This document shows, in pieces, positions 24,275-32,343 of a DNA stretch of 32,343 nucleotides. The notes beneath the pieces are model-generated. The model saw only the letters and a program-made list of their open reading frames with translations. It searched no databases and had not been told where the DNA came from. Made by a program: the position numbers and the translations under genes. Location of the stretch: the NCBI GenBank assembly GCA_021824605.1, contig JAKAKH010000003.1:1-32343 (forward strand). The letters are read 5' to 3'. This DNA comes from a bacterium. Lineage in GTDB: Bacteria; Patescibacteriota; Minisyncoccia; Phycocordibacterales; Phycocordibacteraceae. Numbering within the stretch: the first letter of the stretch is position 1; each line of letters starts with the position of its first letter.

Positions 24275-24593
24275 TCCATCAACCATCGAACGCATTGTAC
24301 TGCGACGAATTTATACGATGCGCGTACTGCGCGTACTTCTTTCAAATGCGACGCTCGCGCTCCTTATCTCGGGGGTAGCTCTCTGGGGGATTGGACGGGA
24401 AGTGTGGGTAGCCCACGTACTGCAGAATGCCCCGAAGGACATTCGGGAAATACCGCGTTTCTATATCGACGCGTTTGATCATACGCGTCTTCTGGTGCAG
24501 GCGCTTTCAGTTATCACGCTCGCGGGGTGCATCGTGCTGGCCCGGGAGACAGCACGTTCGATCTCCCGGCTTGTGGCACCAGCCCTGTCGTAG
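24267..24593 (+). CDS. Small two-TM membrane protein, putative anti-sigma partner
   Basis: ATG overlaps the sigma factor 3' end (ATGACTAA); two hydrophobic segments; 108 aa; alternative start at 24252. Confidence 0.75.
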   Translation: MTNPSTIERIVLRRIYTMRVLRVLLSNATLALLISGVALWGIGREVWVAHVLQNAPKDIREIPRFYIDAFDHTRLLVQALSVITLAGCIVLARETARSISRLVAPALS

Positions 24594-24596
24594 AGG

Positions 24597-25646
24597 TTAT
24601 CCCTCAGCCAATTTCTCCTTAATCTGTTTCAACAGGTCTTTTGCAACGTCTTTGTGCTCATTGAGGAAGGTGCGCGACGCATCGTAACCACGTCCGAGCG
24701 GAATCTCGCCAAACTTATAGGAAGCGCCTGACTTCTGCACAAGGTCATATTTCTCACCGAGGGCGAGGAGTTCGCCTTCGCGACTGATACCTTCGTTGTA
24801 GAGGAGGTCGAATTCGGTCGTGCGGAAGGGAGCAGCGACTTTATTCTTCACGACTTTCACACGGACGCGCCCTCCGACCACTTCTTCGCCTTTTTTGATA
24901 GCAGCGATGCGGCGAATATCGAGGCGAACCGAGGTGTAGAACTTGAGTGCTTTCCCGCCTGGGGTGGTTTCAGGATTGCCGAACATCACGCCGATCTGCA
25001 TGCGGATCTGGTTGATGAAAATAACGATGGTCTTGCTGCGGGAGACGATGCCGGTCAGCTTGCGCAGTGCCTGACTCATAAGGCGTGCTTGCTTACCGAC
25101 ATGTTGTTGGCCCATTTCTCCCTCAATCTCGTCGCGGGGGGTGAGGGCAGCGACTGAGTCGACGACGATCACGTCGACGTTTCCGCTCCGCACGAGGCTC
25201 TCGACGATATCGAGCGCCTGCTCGCCAGTGTCGGGTTGTGAGATAAGGAGTTCAGTGAGCTTCACGCCAATGCGACGTGCGTACTCAGGATCAAGTGCAT
25301 GCTCTGCATCGACAAAGGCAGCGATGCCGCCCGCTTTCTGCGCCTCGGCGATAACGTGGAGGGCCAGAGTCGTTTTCCCCGAGGACTCAGGACCAAATAT
25401 TTCGATGATGCGGCCACAGGGAAGGCCGCCGACACCGAGCGCCGCATCGAGCCCGATAGAGCCGGTTGGGATCGAAGGAATTTTCTGCGGTGTGCCGGCA
25501 CCGAAAATTGTGATGGCTTCATCGCCAAACTTCGTGCGGATATCTTTGAGTGCCTGATCAATCGATTTCTGCTTCTCGTCTTTATCGCTGCTTGTGGCAG
25601 TGACTGTCTTTAGCACTTTCTCTTTCGCTGGTTTTTTAAGAGCCAT
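24597..25646 (-). CDS. recA: Recombinase RecA
   Basis: [38 protein letters not shown] and [20 protein letters not shown]; start set to MALKK. Confidence 0.98.
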   Translation of the reverse strand: MALKKPAKEKVLKTVTATSSDKDEKQKSIDQALKDIRTKFGDEAITIFGAGTPQKIPSIPTGSIGLDAALGVGGLPCGRIIEIFGPESSGKTTLALHVIAEAQKAGGIAAFVDAEHALDPEYARRIGVKLTELLISQPDTGEQALDIVESLVRSGNVDVIVVDSVAALTPRDEIEGEMGQQHVGKQARLMSQALRKLTGIVSRSKTIVIFINQIRMQIGVMFGNPETTPGGKALKFYTSVRLDIRRIAAIKKGEEVVGGRVRVKVVKNKVAAPFRTTEFDLLYNEGISREGELLALGEKYDLVQKSGASYKFGEIPLGRGYDASRTFLNEHKDVAKDLLKQIKEKLAEG

Positions 25647-25656
25647 AGGATAGGGA

Positions 25657-25983
25657 TTAATCAGGGACAAATATCGAACGGGTCGTGGCGACGTGGCGTC
25701 CGAACCGGTCGGTAGCTATGAGGGTAAGTATAGAGGTTCCGTGAGGAAAGGTAAGAGTTGTTGAGAATGACCCGTCTTGATCGTGGAGAACTTGTGCACC
25801 ATCAAGAGTGAGAAGGGCAACGCGCGAAGCTTTCCCGGAGATAGTCACGGTCCCGCCGGGGAAGGAGGCGGCATTTTGCGGTGACGCAACCGTGAGGCCA
25901 GGACCGGCGATGAGCGGCCAGGCTTCGATGAGACCATAGCCGGTAAGCAGGACGAGAGTGAGGGCGAGAAGAGAGCGAATCAT
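25657..25983 (-). CDS. Small membrane-anchored Ig-like protein
   Basis: ATG 1 nt after the ftsK stop; N-terminal hydrophobic helix then beta-rich domain (P.LTV.SP...VTISG...DGSF...L..G...L...ATDRFG). Confidence 0.8.
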   Translation of the reverse strand: MIRSLLALTLVLLTGYGLIEAWPLIAGPGLTVASPQNAASFPGGTVTISGKASRVALLTLDGAQVLHDQDGSFSTTLTFPHGTSILTLIATDRFGRHVATTRSIFVPD

Positions 25984-25984
25984 A

Positions 25985-28213
25985 TTAGAAGTCGTCCTCG
26001 ACGTCGGAGCCATGCGGCGAGGGAGTTGCAGCGACGGAGAGCACCTCGCGTGGTTTTGAACCATCTGCCTGTCCGATGATGCCTTTTGCCTCAAGTACGT
26101 CCATCAGGCGAGCTGCGCGCGAGTAGCCGATCTTCAACTTACGTTGGAGGTAGGAAGTAGAGGCGCGCCCAGCTTCTTCGACGGCAGCTCGGGCATCTTC
26201 GTAGAGATCGTCATCGATCTCATCATCGTCGAAGCTGCCATTCACGAGTCCAATGACATCATTCGGATCATGCGACTGGATACCGGTCGTGCCTGGTCCG
26301 CCGAAGTCGATACTCGAGAGGTCACCAGCGTTATGACTCTTAATATAGCTTACGACTTTCTTCACCTCCGCTTCGCTGATATAGGCCGTTTGGATACGGA
26401 CAGGTTTCTGCATATCGCTTGAGAGATACAGCATATCGCCAGCGCCAAGGAGGGATTCAGCCCCGGCACTATCAATAATAGTGCGCGAGTCTATTTGGGA
26501 GGCGACCTGGAGCGCCATACGGGTTGGAACGTTGGCTTTGATGAGACCGGTGATGACGTTCACTGACGGGCGCTGGGTCGAGAGGATAAGGTGGATACCG
26601 ACCGCACGACTCATCTGCGCAAGTCGGACAATCGAGCTCTCGAGTTCGCGCGGGTAGCTATGCATAATGTCGGCGAGTTCGTCGATCACAATCACGATAT
26701 AGGGAAGCGCCTCAGGCATATCTTCGAGGCCCTTCTTCTTCGCTGGTTCGAAGACTGTGGCATGATAGGAGGTGATATCTCGCACCTGCTCCTTCTCAAG
26801 GAGGTTATAGCGGCGTTCCATTTCTTTCGCGGCCCACTTGAGCGAGAAGATGGCCTTCTTTGGATCGGTAATAACCGGAGTGAGGAGGTGGGGGATACCG
26901 TTATAGGCGGTGAGTTCGACGCGCTTCGGGTCGATCATAATAAAGCGGAGCTGGTTCGGCCCGTTTCGATAGAGGAGTGAGGTGATGAGTGCATGAATAG
27001 CAACCGACTTCCCGCTTCCCGTTGCGCCGGCAACGAGGCCGTGCGGCATTTTCGCGACATTCACGTAGTGGGGAGTACCCGTAATATCGCGACCGAGCGC
27101 GGCAAGGAGAGGCTTGTCACTATCGCTCCACTTCGTGTCGCTCATAAGGCCGCCGAGTCCGACCATTGCTTTGGTCGTATTCGGTACCTCGATGCCGACG
27201 AGTGACTTCCCGGGAATAGGTGCCTCGATACGGACGGGGTGGGCGGCAAGCGCGAGTTCGAGATTATTCGCAAGCGAGACTATTTTCGAAAGGCGAACCC
27301 CCTCAGCGGGCTTCACTGCGTAGCGAGTGACCGTTGGGCCGACCGAGACTTCATCCATCTCAAGACTAATGCCGAAATTTTGAAAAGTACGTTTGATGAT
27401 GTTCGCATTTGCTTTGATATCGCCAACGCCGGGTTTCCCCTTATCAGCACCGAGTATCGAGAGTGGCGGTGCTTCATACTCAGCGTCGAAGTTCGCGATG
27501 CCAGTGCCCTGTGATCCTTCAGAGCGATTGAAGATGGTGACGATTGGTTCGTGTTCGGGTTCAGGAAGAGGGGCCTCTTCGTGCGACTCTGCGTCGCTCG
27601 GCTCGTCGTCGGGAAGTGGGACGCCGACAACATCCTCAAACTCCTCATCAGCCTGCTCGGCGAGCTGTCGTTCCTTTCGCGCGGCGCGAGATTCACGGGC
27701 ACGCTCCCAGAGATGAGAGACTTCTTCTCCAAGAAGCAGTACCAGCGCTTCGATGTCGCTCACAATGGCGATGCCGATAGCGACCATCGCTATAAGAAGG
27801 ACACTTGCTCCCCAGAAGCCGAAGAAGCCGGAGAGCACCTGTCCGAGCCAGGTGCCGGCCATACCGCCGAATTGGACACCCGGGAAGAGTCCGGCAAATG
27901 CGAGAACCGATGCGGCGATGAGGAGTGTCCCTGAGGCGGTGAGAGGTTCGATTGTTGGTTGTCCAAACCCAGCGTAGAGACCGACAGCAATGAGAGCGAT
28001 AGGCAGGAGGAATGCGCCGATACCGATGATGCTGTAGCTCGCAATAAAGAGAGCTGATCCGACTGGGCCGGCAGCACCAAACATACCGAGCAAGAAGAGG
28101 ACGCCAATGGCAAGGAGAACGATCGTGGAAGCGTACCGGATAAGCGTACTGTACTCGCGCACCACTTTTTTCTGGGCGCGACTCGCGCGCGCTCGACTAT
28201 TTTTACGGCTCAT
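25985..28213 (-). CDS. ftsK: DNA translocase FtsK
   Basis: N-terminal TMs; RIEAPIPGKS.VGIEVPN, Walker A GATGSGKS, IDPKRVEL, IDELAD, LSTQRPS and gamma domain STSYLQRKLKIGYSRAAR; start uncertain (28213 or 28222). Confidence 0.96.
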   Translation of the reverse strand: MSRKNSRARASRAQKKVVREYSTLIRYASTIVLLAIGVLFLLGMFGAAGPVGSALFIASYSIIGIGAFLLPIALIAVGLYAGFGQPTIEPLTASGTLLIAASVLAFAGLFPGVQFGGMAGTWLGQVLSGFFGFWGASVLLIAMVAIGIAIVSDIEALVLLLGEEVSHLWERARESRAARKERQLAEQADEEFEDVVGVPLPDDEPSDAESHEEAPLPEPEHEPIVTIFNRSEGSQGTGIANFDAEYEAPPLSILGADKGKPGVGDIKANANIIKRTFQNFGISLEMDEVSVGPTVTRYAVKPAEGVRLSKIVSLANNLELALAAHPVRIEAPIPGKSLVGIEVPNTTKAMVGLGGLMSDTKWSDSDKPLLAALGRDITGTPHYVNVAKMPHGLVAGATGSGKSVAIHALITSLLYRNGPNQLRFIMIDPKRVELTAYNGIPHLLTPVITDPKKAIFSLKWAAKEMERRYNLLEKEQVRDITSYHATVFEPAKKKGLEDMPEALPYIVIVIDELADIMHSYPRELESSIVRLAQMSRAVGIHLILSTQRPSVNVITGLIKANVPTRMALQVASQIDSRTIIDSAGAESLLGAGDMLYLSSDMQKPVRIQTAYISEAEVKKVVSYIKSHNAGDLSSIDFGGPGTTGIQSHDPNDVIGLVNGSFDDDEIDDDLYEDARAAVEEAGRASTSYLQRKLKIGYSRAARLMDVLEAKGIIGQADGSKPREVLSVAATPSPHGSDVEDDF

Positions 28214-28341
28214 ATGATGCATATAGTGTACCACCACGTAGTGTGATAGCGAGAGCAGCGGACACGACGGGAGGCGGGGGAGAGAGCGTGGGCGAGAAGT
28301 TGCCCTCAAGGTCAGAAGAGGAGTATACTGTCCCATACGAT

Positions 28342-29169
28342 ATGAGACACGGAGAATCAGATAAAGGACAGAATACGCATATCCAAAATGTGTCGAAACA
28401 GGGCTCACTAAACCGCAGTGTTGGTCACAATGGAGACTTTGTCTTAGAAAAAAGTATATTTAATAACATTTTCGAAAAGGACATACGCAGAGTCTTTATC
28501 TATAAAAAAGCAGAACGTCTGGCGAAAGCGCTGCACCTGATCGCTCCAGCTTTCTCAGAATCGGTCTCACTCAGGAACCGTATTGATGCGATCGCCATCG
28601 GTCTTGTCGATGCTGCAGTGCTCTCACCTGCGGTCGCTCGGACGGCACTCTCGCGTGAGCTCCTCTCGCTCTCGAGCGTGCTCTCTATCGCGCGGACAGG
28701 AGGACTACTTTCGACCATGAATGCTGATCTCATTACGCGTGAAGCGCATACGTTACTGCAAGAAGTGGCGGGGTATGAAGAGCCACGTCTTTTTCTTGAC
28801 GATGCACCAACGCTTTCAAGCATTGCAAAGACCGCATCGAAAAATGAACTGCTCCACAGTACGGCAGAACTCGCTTCGCCACAGCAGCCGCAGACGCCGC
28901 GGCGACACGTGCCAGCGACGCTACGCGCAGTAGCTAAAGGACAGATAAAAGACAACACTACAGCACCGAAAGAATCTATAAAGGACAGACGTGACGCCGT
29001 GATGTCCGTCATACGCAGTAAAGGAAGTGTCAGCATTAAGGACATCTCCACACTCATTCGCGGAGTATCTGAAAAAACAATTCAACGAGAGCTTGCAGCC
29101 TTGATCGAGTCGGGGGTCGTAGCGAAACAAGGGGAGCGTCGTTGGAGCACCTACTCTCTTGTTGCGTGA
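28342..29169 (+). CDS. Protein with N-terminal helical (four-helix-bundle-like) domain, low-complexity linker and C-terminal DeoR-like winged HTH
   Basis: C-terminal RRDAVMSVI...VSIKDI.....VSEKTIQREL..L...G.V...G...W..Y; TTGCCC-18 nt-TATACT upstream (28300-28329). Confidence 0.8.
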   Translation: MRHGESDKGQNTHIQNVSKQGSLNRSVGHNGDFVLEKSIFNNIFEKDIRRVFIYKKAERLAKALHLIAPAFSESVSLRNRIDAIAIGLVDAAVLSPAVARTALSRELLSLSSVLSIARTGGLLSTMNADLITREAHTLLQEVAGYEEPRLFLDDAPTLSSIAKTASKNELLHSTAELASPQQPQTPRRHVPATLRAVAKGQIKDNTTAPKESIKDRRDAVMSVIRSKGSVSIKDISTLIRGVSEKTIQRELAALIESGVVAKQGERRWSTYSLVA

Positions 29170-29179
29170 GGTCTTCTGT

Positions 29180-29224
29180 AAAATCCCAAGATGTCATCTT
29201 GAGATGACATCTTGGGATTTTTTT
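29180..29224 (+). terminator. Long inverted repeat / terminator after the wHTH gene
   Basis: AAAATCCCAAGATGTCATCT-TG-AGATGACATCTTGGGATTTT followed by more T. Confidence 0.8.
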
Positions 29225-29227
29225 ATG

Positions 29228-29251
29228 CATATACCTATATATAGGTATATG
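29228..29251. repeat. Perfect 24 bp AT-rich palindrome, candidate operator
   Basis: CATATACCTATA|TATAGGTATATG, 10 nt upstream of a -35 box. Confidence 0.6.
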
Positions 29252-29261
29252 TCAGAACATT

Positions 29262-29290
29262 TTGACTACGGGCCGCGTATTTGGTACTAT
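29262..29290 (+). promoter_or_regulatory. Near-consensus sigma70-type promoter for the surface-protein locus
   Basis: TTGACT-17 nt-TACTAT with extended -10 TG. Confidence 0.75.
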
Positions 29291-29297
29291 GGCCTCT

Positions 29298-29640
29298 GTG
29301 GTAGCGACTAGGAAATAAGGGAGTGAAAAGGCCGGAAACGGTCTCTTTTGCTTTGGTATTTCCTGGTTGTTATCCACACACCAGAACCCGAGAACAAGCG
29401 TAAGCGCTATATACTTAGCACTAGTCCTCACGAGGACACGTTTGTTCTCGGAGGGCGTACTTTGATAACTGAATAGTTCAACGAGAGTTGAACATTATCC
29501 TTGCCAACTAATCCATGGCGCACTGGTCGACACGGTGCGCTGTGGGATAGTGTAAAAATTGTGCGCAATGTTCTTGATGTGTGCGACTAAGAAAACAAGG
29601 AGTGTCCTCACGACACTGTTGTTGTGAAGTACTCCCTGTA
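29298..29640 (+). ncRNA. Long structured leader RNA upstream of the S-layer-like gene
   Basis: Many long helices with G-U pairs and GNRA tetraloops; no credible ORF; begins about 7 nt after the -10 box. Confidence 0.6.
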
Positions 29641-29691
29641 GTGCGAACTCAACTTGATTACTATGTGCGTCTAAAATAATTAACAATTGTT

Positions 29692-32343
29692 ATGAACAAG
29701 GTAACTACAAAAGCGATGGCGAAAGTCGCGGCAGTAGCGACCGGACTCGCAATGGCGACGTCAATGCTCTCACTCGCGCCTATGGCGCATGCTGCAGCGT
29801 TGACGAGCGCACAGGTCCAGTCGATCCTCTCGCTCCTCACGTCCTTCGGTGCTGATGCATCGACGATCGCAAACGTTCAGGCTTCCCTCACGGGCGGCAC
29901 ACCTACCACACCGACGACTCCGTCAACTGGCTCATCATGCTCCTTCACGAAGGACATGACGGTCGGCTCAACGGGTGCAGAAGTCACTTGCCTCCAGAAT
30001 GCTTTGAAGGCAAACGGCTTCATGACGGTCAACGCAACGGGCTACTTCGGTGCCCTTACGAAGACTGCAGTTATCGCGTGGCAGAAGTCAGTCGGTGTCT
30101 CACCGGCGGCTGGCTACTTCGGTAGCATCTCACGTGCACACTGGAGCCTCGGTAGCGGTTCAACAACCGGTACCACCGGCACTGGCGCAGGTACGGGCAC
30201 AGGCCTCAAGGTCTCGCTCTCCGCAACCTCACCAAACGGTACGGTTCTCGTTGCAGGTCAGGGTGTTGGTGATCTCGGAGACTTCGTCTTCGCGAACCCA
30301 ACAGCTTCTCCGATCAACGTGACGGCGCTCTCGTTCAAGCGAACGGGTGTCAGCAACGACGCTACGATGAGCAACGTCTACCTCTACAATGGTATGACCC
30401 GCATCACCGACTCAGCTGGCGTCAGCAACTCAGCATTCACCTTCTCTGATCCTACGGCACTCTTCACGGTTCCAGCAGGCATGACCTACACGGTCTCGGT
30501 CCGCTCGGATATCGCGACCGGTACCTCAGGTCAGCAGATCGGTGTGAGCCTTGTCTCGGCAACCAGCAACGGTACGCTTGACTCTTCAGTCAGCTTCCCG
30601 ATCAACTCTGGCTACCAGTCAATCTCGAATGCAACGCTTGCAACGGTAAACTACGCAGTCAATCCGACTCCGTCATCAGCAACGAATATCAGCCCTTCAA
30701 ACGACTACCCAGTCTGGCAGGATTCAATTGCTGTTTCTGGCAACCCTGTGAAGCTCTCGTCGATGAAGTTCATGAACCTCGGTTCGGCTGATTCGCAGTA
30801 CATCACGAACCTCCGCCTTATGGTGGACGGTGTCCAGGTTGGCAGCGCAGTCCCATCGATGAACGCAGATCGCTCGGTCACCTTTGACCTCGGTGCTACG
30901 CCGTTCTTGATGTCGACACAGACACACATCGTTAAGGTTGTTGCAAACATCGGTACGGGTGCTGCTTCACGCACCATCCAGTTCTCGGTCCAGCGCAGCT
31001 CAGACGGTATGTTCACAGACAGCCAGCTTAACCAGGCTGTCACTCCGACGTACAACAACCTCGCGTTCGCGTCAGCTTCGACGGCAGTGGTTACGGTCAA
31101 TTCCGCAAGCTCCTCAGGAGTCTCGGTCTCCCGCAATCCTTCCTCACCTACGCAGAACATTGCAGTTGGTGCTTCGTCAGTGAAGTGGGCATCCTTCGAT
31201 ATGCTCGCCTCGGGTGAAAACGTAAAGGTCTCTGACCTCTACGTCTACGCAAGTACGACCGCAACCGGTGGTGCACTCGATGGTGTTGGCGGTTTGAACA
31301 ACGGTAAGATCATGGTCAATGGTGTCCAGATTGGCTCCACCAAGGACATTGGTTCTCTCCTTGCAAACAAGACTGACTTCTCCCTCGGTTCATCCCTTAT
31401 CCTCCCAGCAGGACAGGTGACGACGGTTGATGTCTACGCAGATGCGCAGCTTACGAACGGCAATAACCTCGCGTCAGGTGACACGGTGGTTGTCTCGCTC
31501 GCAGCAAGTTCAAACAATGCCCAGGGTACTTCTTCGCTCACCACAACCGGTGTGCCGAACGGTACTGCAGGTACAAACGATGTGTCGGGTAATTCCATCA
31601 CCGTTACCTCTTCAGCGCTTACCGCAACGAAGGCAACTGGCTATGGTAACCAGACCATCATCGCTGGAGCAACGAATGCCAAGATTGGTTCGTTCACCCT
31701 CTCAGCAGGGGCAACGGAAGGTATCACGGTCAATACGATCAATGTTACCTTCGCAAATGCAGTTTCTTCGACCATTACGAACTTGACGCTTAAGGACAGC
31801 GCAACAGGGACTACTCTCGGTTCGGTCGTAACGACCCCATCGACGAGCAACTCTGTCTCGGTGACCCTCGACGTTCCAGCTTCGTCAACGAAGACTGTCG
31901 ATATCTACGCAAACGTCCTCTCGGGCGCAAACGCAGGTACGATTGTCGCATCGGTTGGTACCGGCACGACCGGCTCGGGTGATCTCACGAACACCTCAGC
32001 ATCGGTTGGTACTGCTGTTGCACTGCAGACCATTACCCTCGGCACAGGTACGCTTACCGTCACTCGCGGTGCGGGTGATCCGGTCAGCAACAATATCCTC
32101 GCCGGTGCAAGCTCAGTGAACGTCGGTGAATTCAACTTCGCCGCTCAGAACTCAGCCTTCACGGTGAACAACCTTGCTATCCTCGTTCCAAACAACGTCG
32201 CAACTTCGGTAACGAACGTGACGGTGACCTACAAGGATGTCAATGGTGCAACCAAGACTGCAACATCAGCTCTTACGACGAGCACGACAGCGCCATACGC
32301 AACCGCAACCTTCACTGGTCTCGGTATGTACGTCCCTACGAAC
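29692..32343 (+). CDS. Large secreted surface (S-layer-like) protein with N-terminal peptidoglycan-binding domain; partial, runs off the window end (>=884 aa)
   Basis: Hand translation: signal peptide MNKVTTKAMAKVAAVATGLAMATSMLSLAPMAHA, then FTKDMTVGSTGAEVTCLQNAL...TGYFGALTKTAVIAWQ...GYFGSISR (PG_binding_1 pattern), then S/T/G/N/V-rich beta sequence; absent from the ORF track, consistent with no in-frame stop in the window. Confidence 0.9.
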   Translation, partial: MNKVTTKAMAKVAAVATGLAMATSMLSLAPMAHAAALTSAQVQSILSLLTSFGADASTIANVQASLTGGTPTTPTTPSTGSSCSFTKDMTVGSTGAEVTCLQNALKANGFMTVNATGYFGALTKTAVIAWQKSVGVSPAAGYFGSISRAHWSLGSGSTTGTTGTGAGTGTGLKVSLSATSPNGTVLVAGQGVGDLGDFVFANPTASPINVTALSFKRTGVSNDATMSNVYLYNGMTRITDSAGVSNSAFTFSDPTALFTVPAGMTYTVSVRSDIATGTSGQQIGVSLVSATSNGTLDSSVSFPINSGYQSISNATLATVNYAVNPTPSSATNISPSNDYPVWQDSIAVSGNPVKLSSMKFMNLGSADSQYITNLRLMVDGVQVGSAVPSMNADRSVTFDLGATPFLMSTQTHIVKVVANIGTGAASRTIQFSVQRSSDGMFTDSQLNQAVTPTYNNLAFASASTAVVTVNSASSSGVSVSRNPSSPTQNIAVGASSVKWASFDMLASGENVKVSDLYVYASTTATGGALDGVGGLNNGKIMVNGVQIGSTKDIGSLLANKTDFSLGSSLILPAGQVTTVDVYADAQLTNGNNLASGDTVVVSLAASSNNAQGTSSLTTTGVPNGTAGTNDVSGNSITVTSSALTATKATGYGNQTIIAGATNAKIGSFTLSAGATEGITVNTINVTFANAVSSTITNLTLKDSATGTTLGSVVTTPSTSNSVSVTLDVPASSTKTVDIYANVLSGANAGTIVASVGTGTTGSGDLTNTSASVGTAVALQTITLGTGTLTVTRGAGDPVSNNILAGASSVNVGEFNFAAQNSAFTVNNLAILVPNNVATSVTNVTVTYKDVNGATKTATSALTTSTTAPYATATFTGLGMYVPTN

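Noticed and set aside
29370-29378. Perfect DnaA box TTATCCACA in the long intergenic region, suggesting oriC
   Set aside because: Only one box seen, no dnaA/dnaN context, and it falls in the 3' strand of a predicted RNA helix.
29937-32135. Short ORFs listed in the last 2.6 kb
   Set aside because: All are alternative-frame or antisense to the single surface-protein reading frame starting at 29692.
1-32343. CRISPR array, transposase, retron/DGR reverse transcriptase, self-splicing introns or alternative genetic code
   Set aside because: No regularly spaced repeats, no RT or transposase motifs, core genes are uninterrupted, and TGA, TAA and TAG all end genes at the expected lengths.

Overview
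A 32.3 kb chromosomal segment in genetic code 11 (TGA used as stop). Gene content points to a Candidate Phyla Radiation (Patescibacteria/Parcubacteria) genome: secE-nusG-rplK with no rplA, alpha2-type GlyRS, type-2 IleRS, Cys-motif surface proteins and a large peptidoglycan-binding surface protein. The taxonomic call is an inference. Most of the window is housekeeping: pduO-type adenosyltransferase, tRNA-His, secE/nusG/rplK, a thymidylate-cycle cluster (folA, thyA, dcd, tmk, glyA), four aminoacyl-tRNA synthetases (argS, ileS, glyQS, metG), recO, an AI-2E transporter, tatD, rpsF-ssb-rpsR, efp, an ECF sigma factor with a membrane partner, recA, ftsK, a four-helix-bundle/wHTH protein, and the first 884 codons of an S-layer-like gene missing from the ORF track. 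I see no integrase, transposase, CRISPR array or prophage. The most interesting signals are non-coding. (1) A structured ~170 nt element behind tRNA-His carries an antisense copy of the T-arm and a duplicate of the tRNA 3' end, with a degenerate relative downstream of rplK. (2) A ~100-130 nt rod-shaped candidate ncRNA with its own promoter lies between glyA and argS. (3) The S-layer-like gene has a ~390 nt, extensively base-paired leader with a boxA-like motif. (4) Two gene-expression regimes coexist: apparently leaderless genes (TANNNT-6 nt-ATG) and self-contained units led by a Shine-Dalgarno (SD) site. All calls come from reading the sequence by eye; no searches or folding programs were run.
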